From assembly GCF_009834535.1 (NCBI RefSeq), contig NC_045697.1:5024001-5088000 (forward strand): a DNA stretch of 64,000 nt. The letters are read 5' to 3'. Source of the stretch: Camelus ferus. Taxonomy: Eukaryota. The notes under the pieces are model-generated. The model ran no database searches and had not been told where the DNA came from. It saw nothing but the letters and a program-made list of their open reading frames with translations. Positions 13,162 through 26,420 of the stretch are shown here, in pieces (the stretch's first letter is position 1; the number at the start of each line of letters is the position of its first letter). The translations under genes were made by a program, and so were the position numbers.

Positions 13162-13206
<45 letters not shown>
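13162..13206. repeat. (TG)n microsatellite
   Basis: About 22 uninterrupted TG units. Confidence 0.97.
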
Positions 13207-13209
<3 letters not shown>

Positions 13210-15148
13210 TACTTGCATGTGCATCATTTACTTTTTATATGTTAACATTTTAGAATTAAATTGTCCACAGGGAACACAAAGGGTGAATTCAAAGGGGCAG
13301 TTTGAAGCATCTGCTTTCAATAAGTGAAAATATTTAAATTTATAAATATTAAATTTCAATATTTAAGTATAAAATTTATCTCCTCAAAATAACGGGAGGA
13401 TCGGCACTGATTTTCCCCTTACACACCTTCGAACGTTTTTAACTTTACAGCATGTACACATACGATCTACTAAAAATTAAGGTCTGGACTTAACTCTATA
13501 CTTCATAGCAAAAAAATTATTACTTCTTTATTTTCTCAGTGTATGCAATAAAGTGCTAAAAATGATCAATTTTATAAAACTTAGCATTTGTATACTTATC
13601 TTTTAGGCAATTTGTGGTGAAATGAGACGGGACTTTGAGAAGCTTGATCTTCTCATAGAAAACGCTAGTTTAAAAAAATTGCCTGCTAGTGTTTCAGGAT
13701 TAAACTATTATTGTTCCTAAAGATAGAAAGGGGAAAAAATCGATTTCTGACAAAGTTTATAGAGAAACCGCCCTCAAATAAAATTTATAATTAGCTTTAA
13801 CGATAGAGCTTCCCGAATACCGAACTCATTAAGCAGACATTTTCTCCAGGCTGAATACTTTCAATTAACAACTCCAAGGCAAAGCTGTAGCTGTTTCTCG
13901 TCTATCTGATGAGATTCCTGCCTTGGAAAGGAAGGTTGTGAGGCCAAGGCAGTGAAGGATCACTGGGACCACAAACCTTTGAGACTGTGAGCTCATTTAC
14001 ATGGGATGCAAATTCAGGGCTGGAAGCAAAAGAACGTGCGCTATATAAATAACCAGTCTTCATTGCCAGATCTTCCCGCGGGAGTAAAAGACACTGCCCG
14101 TGGGGTTTCAGGCATTTTCAGACCACAGTTTGGTAGAAATAACCTCACTGCTGAAAATTTTTTCCAAGAGATGCTTGAAAATGTTGCCCCAAACCCACTC
14201 CAATTATCATTTAGAGCTCTGCTCTGTTCAAAACAGTGAACAAGCTTGCTGTTTAGAGGCTCATATTTATGTGATTGGATTGGATCTAAAAATAAGACGA
14301 AGGAGAGGATGGCTGGTGCCCTGAACCTCACCTGAGCCGTGAGCTCTCTTCCAATCAGCCCATTTTCCCTAAATTGTCAGATGTAATGCAGCCGTGCCTG
14401 CCACTGACCAAGGAGACGCCAAGAAGCCTTCATTGTTCCTTTATTTCCTGATGAAATGTGGTTCCTCAAAGCACACCTCATGTACCAAAAGAGTCAGGAC
14501 TCTGTACTGGAGGGGGATGCAAAACTCTGAGACATTTTTAACATCCCACATGAGATTTCAAGGGAATTTCATGCCTGTGGCAGGCTGCTTTTGGGCCCCC
14601 CGAGAAACCGTCAAGAGGCTGACTCCTCAGACATCAAGGGAAATTTGGCAGACAAGTTACAGGAGGCAGTGCAAGACACGGCTAGTGACTGATGGAATCT
14701 GAACTCGTGTTTTCAGGTCATTTCAAGTCAGGCCTGTCTTTCCTTTCTTCCTTCAGTGATTCGTTCTTCACTGACTCAAGGAGGGGTCTGGAGCAGTTAC
14801 TCTGGGCCGGGCAGTACGTCAGGTGTGAACTTGGGCGGCGGGCGTTACTGCCAGAAGCCTGCTTTCTTCCTGCCCTCTGCTGGGATAGAGCCTTCCTCGG
14901 GGTGGTTGTGAGGAGTCCAGGAGGTCCATCTGTGCTTATTTTTCTGTTCAGGTGCGCAGGCAGACAAGCGCTTAATAAGCAGTTCAACGCACTTACGCAT
15001 TCGAATGATTAAGAAAGCCAGGACAGCGCGTGCGCACCGGCAGGGACCTGGGCTTGGTGTGAAACCCGGTTCCGTGACCAGCCCGCTGTGCGCAGATCAC
15101 CTGATTGCTCTGAAAAAATGGCGATAATTATAGCACCTAGCCCACTTT

Positions 15149-15689
15149 TTTTTTTAAACATTTTTTATTGATTTATAATCATTTTACAATGTTGTGTCAA
15201 ATTCCAGTGTAGAGCACGATTTTTCAATTATACATGAACATATATATATTCATTGTCACATTCCTTTCTCTGTGAGCTACCATAAGATCTTGTATATATT
15301 TCCCTGTGCTATACAGTATAATCTTGTTTATCTATTCTACAATTTTGAAATCCCGTCTATCTCTTACCAACCCCCACCCCCTTGGCAACCACAAGTCTGT
15401 ATTCTATGTCTATGAGTCTATTTCTGTTCTGTATTTATGCTTTGTTTGTTTGTTTTTAGATTCCACATATAAGCAATCTCATATGGTATTTTTCTCTTTC
15501 TGGCTTACTTCACTTAGAATGACATTCTCCAGGAGCACCCATGTTGCTGCAAATGGCGTTATGTTGTCGGTTTTTATGGCTGAGTAGTATTCCATTGTAT
15601 AAATATACCACATCTTCTTTACCAGTCATCTGTTGATGGACATTTAAGCTGTTTACATGTCTTGGCTATTGTAAATAATGCTGCTATGA
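15149..15689 (-). mobile_element. Lineage-specific L1 3' fragment inserted into a MIR, 12-bp TSD
   Basis: Poly(T) at the left end and L1 3'UTR/ORF2 tail. TSD ctagcccacttt at 15137-15148 and 15690-15701. MIR halves on both sides. Same family as 38264-38729. Confidence 0.92.
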
Positions 15690-16784
15690 CTAGCCCACTT
15701 TATTGATGTGAGAATTAAATGAGACACTGCTTGTGTGTGTGTGTGTATAAATACACACACACGTGCATATAAGTGCACACACATAACACGTGTGTCTATG
15801 TATGTATATAAATACAGTTTAAAGTAGCACAGACACGTCAGTTTAATAACACAGATTCACCACCACTGTTGCTATTCTGATCTGATTTTGTATGACCAGC
15901 CCCTCTGGGGTCCTAGTCCGTCCAGGGACCCGCTCTGGCTGAAGGGCCCTCTGGGGAGGTGTCTTCAGGAAAGGTCATTCTCGATTACCAGTTGGATCAC
16001 ATCACTCCCAAGCTTCCACCGATCAATGAGCGACAGGAGCAAGGGTCTCAGGACGTGCTCCCTGCCACCCTGACCCACGCAGGCCCCGCCCACCCAGGCC
16101 GCTCACGCAGGAGCCCCTCTGCCCAGTGCCGCCCGAGCTCCTCTTCTCTGGGATGACTGCTATTTGTCCTGCAAACCACAGATGCACATCCCATAGGAAG
16201 CCTCGCCAGCCTCCTGTGTCCCCGCCCTGCCCCTGCTTCAGTCAGGGCTGGGCTGTCCTCCTCAGAGCCCCCGCCGGCCGCTGTGCACTGCCCCGGCTCA
16301 GGTCCTCACCCTGGACTGCAGTCATTTGGCCTCTAGAGTGGTTGCCGCTTCCAGCCGAGGACCTGCGCACATGCAGGCAAGGGTGCCATCCATCGTTTTC
16401 TTCCCAGGGGCTGGCATACTTCTGGCCCAGAGTGTTTTGAAACAATGAAAGGCCAACTCGAGTGCTCTAAAAAGTAAGCCCTTCTAATTGCTTTACAACA
16501 ATGATTTATTTTGAACCCACTATGGTATTTCCCTGCGCGGGCACTTTCAAACTCACCTGGCTGTACTCTGGAGTAGCTTTTATTCTCTACAGACCTACAA
16601 CACTACCCTCAGAGGATGGAGATTTTGTCACCGCTGAGTATAAATAAACACCTGGTTTCAAAGTCAATTCCGCAAGATGAAAGAAAGCGGAATGAGGGAC
16701 TTCAACGGCCCTGGGCACAGGTAAGTCCTTTATGAACTTTTTCTCAGGGAATCTGCATGGTAGCCCAGTAAAGGGGGTGTCATC

Positions 16785-16900
16785 AGGCTTATTTTACAGA
16801 TTAGGAAACAGAGGCTCAAAAAGTTAAGCAGGTGAAGCTGAGTAACATTTCCAAGTCCAGCAAGATGGAAGGCAGAAATTCTCGGCAAGCCAACTCAGGC
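16785..16900 (-). mobile_element. MIR SINE fragment
   Basis: 'ttattttacagattaggaaacagaggctcaaaaagttaag'. Confidence 0.7.
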
Positions 16901-18117
16901 TTGCACTTGTGAAATGATCCTGCCACTTGCCAGCGTGGCTACTTTGAAAGAAGCAACATTCATCTGTCTGTATAAAATACGGCATTGACAGTGTCGTGTA
17001 CACATGCAGCGGGTGGCTTCTGAATTCAGCTGTTGAATTAAGGCAAAACATTGCATAGCACTGTCATATACCCCTATGCACCACGTGTACAGACACACAT
17101 AATTTCAAGTCTGTACCCATAGACACAATGAAAAAGATTTATTGAACCATATGGGAGGGAAAGAAAGCCCAACTCAAACCTCTGCCAAGTGTGCAATGTT
17201 TGAAATGGTAAGGGAATTCCATTTACTTAGTGGATTTTTAAAAATTCCCCTGTATTGTGGGATAGCTCTCGTTCTCCACAGCAGATCTAGAATCCAAGGG
17301 CCAAAGGCCCCACATAGAGCAACTTAAAAACCTTTGTTGAATATAATGAAATGGTTCCAATCATCATGCTTTTATGGGACATTTAGTTCCATTTTCTGCC
17401 TGGCCTTTATCTCATCAATGTCCCCATGACTCAGGGTCTGGGGGGATTTGGGCAGGTCATCTACTGCACGCCAGTGGAGGAGCGACCATGGTAACTGATG
17501 AATGACGCTCGTGCCATGGATCGGTACAGAGCTCGCTCCTTCCAGCACCTTCAGAGAAGCCCAGCCAGCCCCCAGAGGCTACTCTGGTATGGGGTGACCT
17601 TCCTTAACAAATGGCGCACAGAGCTTACAGACCCAGATGGCAGAAGCTAGTCAGCGGCGGTGTGAACCAACGTGGGCCGTCGGGAAGCAGCCTCTGGGTT
17701 ACGCTGAGCTCGCTCCCACCTCCTGCTGCTCCTACCGCTGCTGCTCCACGGTCGGCACTACTGCTGTTCCCGCTCCGGACGTTACACTTCCTCCTCCCCC
17801 CACCTCCACGTTCTACTTCTTCCTCTCTTTCTCCTCCTCCTCAGTTTTCTTTTTCATTTTGTTGTGTTTGTCCTTATTTGTGTCAAAACTATACATGCAA
17901 ACAACTCGGAGCATCAAGCCGTCCTGAAAGCGTTGTGACAGTGTAGCCACAGTCCCTGTCACTTTCTCCCCCATTTCTCCCTCTCCACCCGTTCATCTTT
18001 CTCACGCTACAACTTTGGTGTTTAGCTCCTTTTCTTAAAATGATAGATGTATAGGACTCCTGCATGTTTCAATTTCTGGCTCTGTCTGTTGGCTTCCCAC
18101 TATGGGAGAGGAGGGTG

Positions 18118-18711
18118 TGCTGCAGTAGGCAGAGAGTGGATATGAGCAGAGGAACGGGAGCACGGGGCAAATGGCGGGAAACCGTACATCATGTAACAAC
18201 TGGTGTTCTTGGGCAGACAGAGAAAAGCAGGAACCTCTGGACTGGTAAGAAATCACACATTTTGGGGTGACAAGTGTCCTAGAGGCAGGCAAAGAAAGGT
18301 GGGAAAAGGCAGGAATCTCCAGTGTCTGAATGTAACCTTTTGCGCCTTATGCCCTCATCACAATAAAATTAGCCTTGCAGATTAGAAGCACCCATCACGC
18401 ACTGATGCCATGACACACCAGATCCAGACTAAATAAGGACAAAAATCCCTCCTCCCTTCAGGAAGGTAGAGCAGGGATGAAAATCAGGGAATATGACTCC
18501 AACCCCCTTCCTCCCCGATGAATATTCCACCCCTTCATTTTTTACACCCTCTGTAACCAACCTCCCAAGAACTTCAGTGCAGCCGCTCACCCGAGCCCGC
18601 CCGCTCTCCCCTTGAGGGTGGACTATCTGGCCCTTAATACATCCTCACTTTACTCCAGGTCTCATCTCTGAGTTCTTTCTCCATGAGACACGAACCTAAA
18701 CGCTGGCAACA
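18118..18711 (+). mobile_element. ERV1-class solo LTR (artiodactyl family) inserted in HAL1
   Basis: Starts 'tgctgcagtaggcagagagtggatatgagcagagg' and ends 'ggcaaca'. Has 'atgaatattccacccc' and an LTR-like 3' region. HAL1 resumes on both sides. No clear TSD. Confidence 0.75.
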
Positions 18712-19009
18712 TACGTAGCAGTCTTTCCTTCTCCCTCTCCCCCGAGACACACTCACCTGCCCATCCCCTCATTTCCCCAAGGGGGTATTATTGCATTTTT
18801 GCTTAGGTCAGTTTTCAGGGTTTAGGTGATTAAGTATTGCTATGTAGAGACGATGCATGTAATAAACTACTAGACACAGCGTCCTGTCCAGCCCTTTTAT
18901 TCCTTGGAGTTAAAAATCACCTTGTATTTATTGTTGAGTCCCCCCCCCCCCAAACTTCTCATCAGTTCAACTTCACATTCTTACCAACTAATAAACAAAT
19001 CTCTCAAGG

Positions 19010-19468
19010 TGTAATAGGGAAGGACAAATCTGACTCCATATGTTTCTTTTACTTAAACCTTTGTCTTCTACTGCTTTTGTTACAAGGTAATCACTAAAGG
19101 GATGTTGCCTATAAGCTTACATTATGCATAATGGCCCATCTCTGGGAACCCCGCCTCCCAGGTAATAAGCATTAAGCTAAAATACCTTTGTTTAGCTCAC
19201 AGGAAACACCCTGACCAGGCCACCTGTGACTGAGTGCCGGAAGGAAGAAATTAACACATCCCCTCTGGAGGCTGACGGGACCCAGGAAATGTCTGACTTT
19301 ACTCACTCCCCTTTTAGGATAAAGAAGCCTGAATGCTAACTCAGGATAGATGGTTCTTTGGGACACTAGTCCACCATCTTCTCGGTCTGCTGGGTTTCCA
19401 AATAAGTCTCTATTCCTTGCCCCAACACCTTGTCTCTTGATTTATTGGCCTGGCGTGTGACAAGCAGC
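19010..19468 (+). mobile_element. ERV1-class solo LTR, same family as 5864-6398, missing ~20 bp at the 3' end
   Basis: Colinear with 5864-6398 from 'tgtaatagggaaggacaaatctgactcc' to 'caagcagc'. Carries only one copy of the 48-bp unit. Confidence 0.85.
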
Positions 19469-21241
19469 CTGATGCCTCAGGAATTCAATCAGCTCACCCT
19501 TCCTGGAGAAGTCTCTTCCAGAGTCTTTTGATCCAACTCCAGTTAGAACTGGTCATGGTCCCACCTAAGGCACAACTGACACCCTGAACCTCCCATCACC
19601 CTGGAGATTTCCTCTTCCTCTCTCGCTCCTCTGCCAGAGCTCCAGCTTTCCTATTCCACTTCTTCCTCCTTGATTTACTCTTTCATTTAGTGGAGGCCAT
19701 CTCACTTTCTAATAGCTACTCGAGAAAAGGTGTATGAGAGGTACCTTGTTTAAGACCTTGAACTTGTGAAAGCATGCATCTCACATTTGATGGATTAGCC
19801 TGTCTCCGCTGCCTTCTAACGTATGATAATCCAGAACTGTTCTGATTCCTCAGCCTTTGTGTCCTGCTGTTCTTCTGTGGAAGCTTATCAGATCTGAAGT
19901 GTTCTCTTGGTCTGGTTTTGGTTTGGATGTGTGCCTGTTTCTAGTCGTTACCCTGCATCCTGGGCAGAGCCTTCACCTTGGAAGTTCATGTATTTCAGGC
20001 CTGGGAGATTTTCCTTACTTCACTGATGCTTTCTTCTCCCGTGTTTTCTCACTCCTTTCTCTCCTTTTTCCTTTCTTTCTTTTTCTTTCTTCCTTCCTCC
20101 TTCCCTTTCCTTTCCTTCCTTCCCCCTTCTCTCTCTGATGTTGAATTCACCGTACTGGTCCTCTAATTTTTCTTCTATTTTCTATTTGCCTTTTTATTCT
20201 CCTGTATAAGGGATATCCTCAACTTTATCTTCCATAACATCTGTTGAATTGTTCATTTTTCCTTTCATATTTTTTAATTTATAAGGCCTCTGATTTGATG
20301 TTTGTTCTCTGAATTTTAAATAAACATAGTATTTCTTATTTTACAATTGCCAAAATCTCTTAATCCCTCTGAAAATGCTGATCACGGTTGACTCTGTCAA
20401 ACCTGGCAGAGTCTCTGTTTATTCCAAGCTTTTTTTTTTCTTTCTCCATTTGACTGTGCAGCTCTCGTTGTCCATGTTAGAAGGTTTCTCTGGATGCCTG
20501 ACGAGCTTTGGTGGGTACTTACCCTAGTTGGGAGCTTACAGCAAACGAGCAGGGCTTGCTGAGTGTGAACTACACTCCAAGGGTCTTGGGGAACCTCAGA
20601 TGTCACAATCTCTTTCCTCCCGGCTCAGCCACACCCCTACAGAAATCATTCCAGTCTCCAGACTGGAGGAGGAAGGCCCGGAGAGGCCGTTTCCGGAGCC
20701 CAGCTGGAGTAGGGAGGGCGTGTTACTTCAGCACCTGGTACACATGTGTCTAGTCGGCCTTGCTCTTTTCAGTCCCGTATCCCAACTCAAGAGGCTTGCT
20801 GTCCTTCAGTCCAGACGCTCTCTTCAGGGGACAAACGTTCTGTCTACTGCTTGGAGGAGGAAGGGACAGCCCTCCAGTCACTCAGGATGGGCCAGCAGAT
20901 CTGTTCTCCAGACTTCTTAAAAGGCTTTCAAACAATACACCTCATTTTAGCCTCTTTTTTTACCCCCTCTTCCTCCTTCCACAAATGTTGATGGCTGTCA
21001 ATTCCTGAGCCTTTGGGGGATCCTCCAGTGTATGCCAGCCCTTGGTTCTCCCTAGTGATGACTTAAAATCCAGTTTCTGGTGTCCTAAGCCATTTACTAC
21101 TCTGCCTCTTCTCTCTAATCTCCCCTCCCCCATCATGTTTTGCTATAGCCTCCTCTTTACTTTTCCCCATCCTTGTGAATTTACCATTTTTCAAACATTC
21201 CTTACTGTTATTTTATGGAGATTTTAGAAGGAAGGGAATGT

Positions 21242-21243
<2 letters not shown>

Positions 21244-21287
<44 letters not shown>

Positions 21288-21290
21288 GTA
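21244..21290. repeat. (TG)n(CG)n alternating purine-pyrimidine tract
   Basis: About 15 TG units followed by cgcgcgcgcacgcgta. Confidence 0.95.
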
Positions 21291-22072
21291 TGCTTAATCT
21301 GCCATCTTTACCTAGAAGTTCTAGTCCCTGTCTCTCCCAAGTCTTCCAAAACCGTGTAAGTCAGAAGAAGACCAGCTAGACCCAGCGCACAACCACGAGT
21401 GAACAAATTACAAGTCATTCACACCAACCCCCTCCTCTGGGGTCCGTGAGAAGACCTCATTAACAGCACCACTGCTTTCTGAAGCCTCTCGCTGGCCCCC
21501 TGACTCTGCAGTCAAACTCACCTTGCTCACCTGGCTGGCTGTGGTGGTGCGGTGCTCAGAGAAGGAGAAGCCAAGGCCCCGAGGAGGCAGCAGAAACTCA
21601 GAGCCTGAACCCGAAGCCCAGAGCCAGCTCTGAAGCTTCCCAAGAGGAAGAAATCCTCCAGGGTGCACAGCACTGATTTCAAAGTATGGAAAAGAAGAGG
21701 GTAGAATCCTTCACATTCCCAACTAATGCCACTGTGACCTTTCAGCCTGAGACTGGAGGGTCAGGACACTCCAGCCTCCCTCAGACACACTGGAATGGAA
21801 AAGTGAAGGGCAACCACCAGCCACATCGCTAAGCAGGGGGTGGGTGGGGGTACCAAGAGAGGTGCGGACACAGGCAGTGGGAGTATTCCGCTTGCTGCAG
21901 GTAACAAGGGAGTATGCTGTCCGGAGAGAATGTAAAAGCAATAATAAAGTTGTTCTCCACGCACGGCCGCTTCTAAAGAATGTCAGTGAGAAAATACTCT
22001 CCCCAGCAGACTCCTGCTGCTCCCTGCGCCCAACGCGTCCCTGTCCCCAGGCATCCCGCCAGCAGCCGGTTA

Positions 22073-22279
<207 letters not shown>

Positions 22280-22319
22280 ATGGAGATGGCTCCAGTGTCT
22301 GCAAGACAAATGCCCCCAG

Positions 22320-22445
22320 ACCAATGCCCCCACTTTACAGAAGAGCAAACTGAGGCTCAGAGAGAGGCGATGATGCTGCCCAAGTCACAGTGGTCCTCAG
22401 GCTCTGGCTGACAAGTGGCATTTTAATCAAAACTAGACTCCAACA
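22320..22445 (-). mobile_element. MIR SINE
   Basis: 'cccactttacagaagagcaaactgaggctcagagagagg...gcccaagtcacag'. Confidence 0.8.
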
Positions 22446-22619
22446 TATTACTTTGTTTTTAGTACTTAGTTTAATTCGATGTTGCCAGAACTTCAGCACC
22501 TCATCCCCTCAAGCTGCAGCCCCTCCTTAGTGACGCCCCTGTTCTCCACATGCGGGGCTTGCTTCCCTTCAAGGCAGCAATGTTCTGGCAAGACACACCC
22601 AGGCTTTATGCGTACTGGC

Positions 22620-22935
22620 TATTTCTACTCACACTGCTTCCTGGAATCTGGCCAGAGCCCAAGCCCTGTGGAGAGGCCATGAGAAGGAAAACCAAGGCGC
22701 TCTGCTCAACAGCCCCAGCTGAGCGCCCAGGGACAGCCAGCACCAACCGGCAGCCGTGACAGCGAGCCATGCTGGGAACCAGGATATTCCGCTGCAGCCC
22801 CAGCTGACATCACGCAGAGCAGAACAACTGCCCCACTGAGCCCAGTCCACCCGCAGAACATAAGATAATTAAATGGTTGTGTTTTGAGCCACTAAGTTTT
22901 GGGGTGTTTTTCCCCCAAAGTAATAGCAAATGCAC
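22620..22935 (+). mobile_element. MLT1 (ERVL-MaLR) LTR, 3' part
   Basis: 'acagccccagctgag...acagccagcaccaac', 'cagccccagctgacatc' and 'aaatggttgtgttttgagccactaagttttgggg'. Confidence 0.8.
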
Positions 22936-24419
22936 CTGAGGCTTTTAAGGGCAGAAGAGCCAACCTATAAACTCTGAGAATGATGTTAAACAACTGTAAA
23001 CCAGAACCGCAGCACCACAAAGTGCTGTCACATTCCATACAGAGCCACGGAACGCAAGAAGGGCGTCGCGGAAGCTCAGATCTGTGTCCCGGATCCTGGA
23101 CTGTCAGACCTGGGCCAGGCGGGCCACTCCCCTCACTTGGCAGACGAGGGAAGAAGGAACTCAGTGGGTCAGTGTCAGGGAGGGACAGGCACCTGGAGCC
23201 CCGGCTCTCACAGTGCTCTTAGGACGACACACTGCTGGGATGCGGCTGTGGTGTGCACGCGCTGTGTTTCCCTGACGGCCCCGGGGAGGGAACCTGACTG
23301 GGCCACAGGAGAAGTGACAGACCATGTGCTCACAGGATGAGGAATTCCAGGGGTGGAAGGAACCTCAAGTGCCATCTAGTCTCGTCAGCCCTGTTATTAC
23401 AGAGACTGGGATCCAGAGAGAGAGGAAATGGCCGCCGCAAAGTCACAGTCCTGGTACATCTCAGCCACCGTTTCTATGTGTTCAGAATCAAGGCACGGGG
23501 GAGGGGGGCGGTTTATTGCGACCCTGAACTGTCAATTGACCAGATGTGTTCAGAGCACCTGTTCTGTGACACACTGGGCTGTGTGCTGGGGACAATGGGA
23601 CAAAGCAATTGTCCTCACTCTGAAGGAGCACACAGTCCCGAGAGAGGAAGGCAACAGGCACTGGTCATGCAAGAGCACACGTGCTGTAGGCGTCTGTATG
23701 GAACGCAGTGGGGTGTGTGGAGGGAGGAACTCAGCTCTCCAGCAAGAGAAGGGCGTGGAAAGGTCTCTGCAGACGAGCGGCACACTGGGTCTGGAACACA
23801 CAGGGACTGTGAATCAGACAGAGGATGGTGTGAAGCTTCTGGTGCTTGAAGTCCAGGACTATAGGGTCTTGGGGACAGCATCTCTCATCTCCCATTTTGA
23901 GCATCTTAGCCAATGACGATCCAAAGGTGGTGACCCAGACCGGCTTCTCCCCTCCTGTCTCAGCCTCACTTCAGGGGTGGAGGAGTGTCTACCTGCTCAG
24001 GCAGGAACGAGGTGCTGCAGGGGCTCGTGGGGTTGTCCAGGGTCACCTGGAGGGCACCCGCTGGACTTTATGTCTGTTTCAGGGCAAGTGTATGCTGAGT
24101 CTGCCACGTGATCACTGCTTCAAGTGACGCATCCCAGGAGTGGCTGGATGCCAACGAAGCTTGCCCAATGTCGGCTCACAGGCAGGCGGTACTGGCCTTT
24201 CCAAACAGGGTTGTTCCTGGTGGGTCCGTCTGAGTGATGCTTCTGGGCCCACAGAAGGCCAGAGAGAATCAAACAAGGAAGTTCCTGACACACTAGAGCC
24301 TGGAGCAGGAGACCAAGGGCCTCCACAGCTGATAGCGTGAGCACCACGCTTCAAACCCTTCTTTCAACATGGTCATAGCCATCTGCGTTGGTTAATCTTT
24401 ACTCTTTCATGGAAATTTT

Positions 24420-26420
24420 AGAATAAATGTATTTGGTGTCTTAAAAAACTCTGCTTTGACTTTTGTTTGGAATTATGTTGAATTTACAAGTGACAGAGAA
24501 TTAGTATTTTTATAATGCTGAGCTCTTCCAGCCTTTCCATGAACATGAAATATCTGCTTGTCCTGGTCTTTTTATGTTTGTCACTATAGTTTTATAATTT
24601 TCTCCTTAAAGGCCTGGCATGCATGCATTTTTATTCTGATATTGTAACATAGATTCTATTGCTATGGTGAAGGTAATCTTTAAAGGAAGCTGTACTAAAT
24701 GGTCCTTGCTTGAGGAGAAGCGCGCTCCAGAACTGCTTATGTTTGACTTAAATCCAGCAACTTGGCAGATCTCTTAGTTATTAGTTCAGATAACTTTTCC
24801 ACCGATGCTCTGGGCTTGCTTATCATACGAAGATGATTGTATCTTCTACAAAAAACTGCTGTGTTTACATTCTTCCCATCCTTATGCCTCTTATTTCTTT
24901 TTCTTGTTTTATTGTACTATCCAGGGCCTCCAGTAAAGCATTCATTATAAGAGGTGGTGATGGGAATCTTAAATCTTGTTCTGGAATGTAATAAACTTTC
25001 TCCATTAAATAAATAGTTTGCTGTAGATATTTGGTGGGTATCATTTATTCAGTTAAGAAAATTGCTTTCTACTTTTGCACAGCAGAGGAAATCAACAAAT
25101 CGAAAAAACAACCTGCTGAATAGAAGAAAATATTTGCAAATGATATGACTGGTAAGGGATTAATATCCAACAGATACAAATAGCTCATACAGCTCAACAT
25201 CAAAAAAACAAATTACCCAATTATAAAATGAGCAGAAGAATTGAATAGACATTTTTTCTCAAGAGGAAAAGCAGATGGCCGACAAGCACATGAAAAGATG
25301 CTCAACATCACTAATCATCAGGGGAATGCAAATCAGAACTACAATGAGGTACCACCTCACACCTGTCAGAATGGATGTCATCAAAAAGAACACAAAAGCA
25401 AACATTGGCGAGGACGTGGGGAAAGGGAACCCTTGTACACTGTTGGGAATGTGAATCGGTGCAAACTAAAACTAAAAATAGGACTACCATATGACCCAGA
25501 AATTCCACTCCTGGGTACATATCCAAAAAAACAAAGCAAGGCAAAACAAAAAACAAAAACACTAATTTGAAAAGATACATGCACCCCAATGTTCATAGCA
25601 GCATTATTCACAATAGCTAAGATACGGAAGCAACCTAAGTGTCCATTAACAGATGAATGGATAAAGATGTAGTGAATATACACAATGGAATATTACTCAG
25701 CAGTAAAAAAGAAAATCTGCCATTTGCAGCAAATAGGGGGACTTGGCATTGAGCTAAGTGAGATGAGTCAGACAGAGAAAGATAAACACTGTATGACATC
25801 ACTGATATGTGGAATCTAAAAAATACAACAAACTAGTGAATATAACAAAAAAGACGCAGACTCACAGATAGAACAAACCAATGGTTACCAGTGGAGAGAG
25901 GGAAGGGGAGGGGCAATGTGGGGGTGGGGGAGGGGGAGGCACCAACTATTGGGTGTAAGGTAGAATCAAGGATACATTGTGCAACACGGAGAATAGAGCC
26001 AATATTTTGTAATAACTTCATAAATGGAAGTTAACCTTTAAAAACTGTATAAAAATTTTAAAAATTTAAAAAAGGAAAGTTGCTTTCTAGACTAAGAATT
26101 TTTATCAAGAGTGGGTACAGAGTTTTTTTGTTTTTTAAATATTAAACCGTCTTGACGTTTCCAGACAAAACCCCTCCTGGTAGATAATATGTATCATGTA
26201 CAATAAACATACATATATTTCTACTGGATTCAGGTTGACAAATTTCATTTAGGATTTTTGCATCTAATGTTCCAAGCGACACTAGCGCATATTTTCCTAC
26301 CTACCACTGTCCTCACCCCGTTCTGGTGTCCTGGCAATGCTGACTTTGTATGATGAAGCGGGTTTTTTGGGTTGATTTCAAGAAGAGTGGCCAAGAGGCG
26401 TCACTTGCTTGTAGAAAGTC
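24420..26420 (-). mobile_element. Ancient L1M ORF2-region fragment, split by the 25072 insertion
   Basis: 'cttatttctttttcttgttttattgtactatccagggcctccagta...ggtggtgatggg' resumes after 26089 with 'ttaggatttttgcatct'. Confidence 0.65.
25072..26074 (+). mobile_element. 5'-truncated L1 (ORF2 C-terminus plus 3'UTR) with 15-bp TSD
   Basis: ORF2 tail remnants ('LPYDPEIPLLGTYPK'), G-rich 3'UTR and A tail. TSD gaaa(a/g)ttgctttcta at 25057-25071 and 26075-26089. Confidence 0.9.

Larger units (their letters stand above)
17850..21319 (-). mobile_element. HAL1 (half-L1, ORF1-only LINE), near full length, interrupted by two ERV1 LTRs
   Basis: Colinear matches to recalled HAL1 consensus: 5' end 'aatctgccatctttacctagaagt' (21297-21319); 'tgtcaattcctgagcctttgggggga'; 'atcctcaactttatcttcca'; 'agctactcgagaaaaggtgtatgagaggta...agaccttg'; 3' part 'ttcccactatgggagaggagg' and 'ccttggagttaaaaatc'. 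Confidence 0.75.

Noticed and set aside
15737..15762. Perfect hairpin gtgtgtgtgtat-aa-atacacacacac read as a structured RNA
   Set aside because: It is just adjacent TG and CA microsatellites of low complexity.
5864..19468. Two same-orientation, same-family LTRs 13 kb apart read as the ends of one provirus
   Set aside because: The intervening DNA is MIR, L2, L1 and HAL1 with no gag/pol/env or primer-binding site seen. The LTRs are clearly diverged, differ by the 48-bp unit, and the first has its own near-TSD. They are independent solo LTRs.
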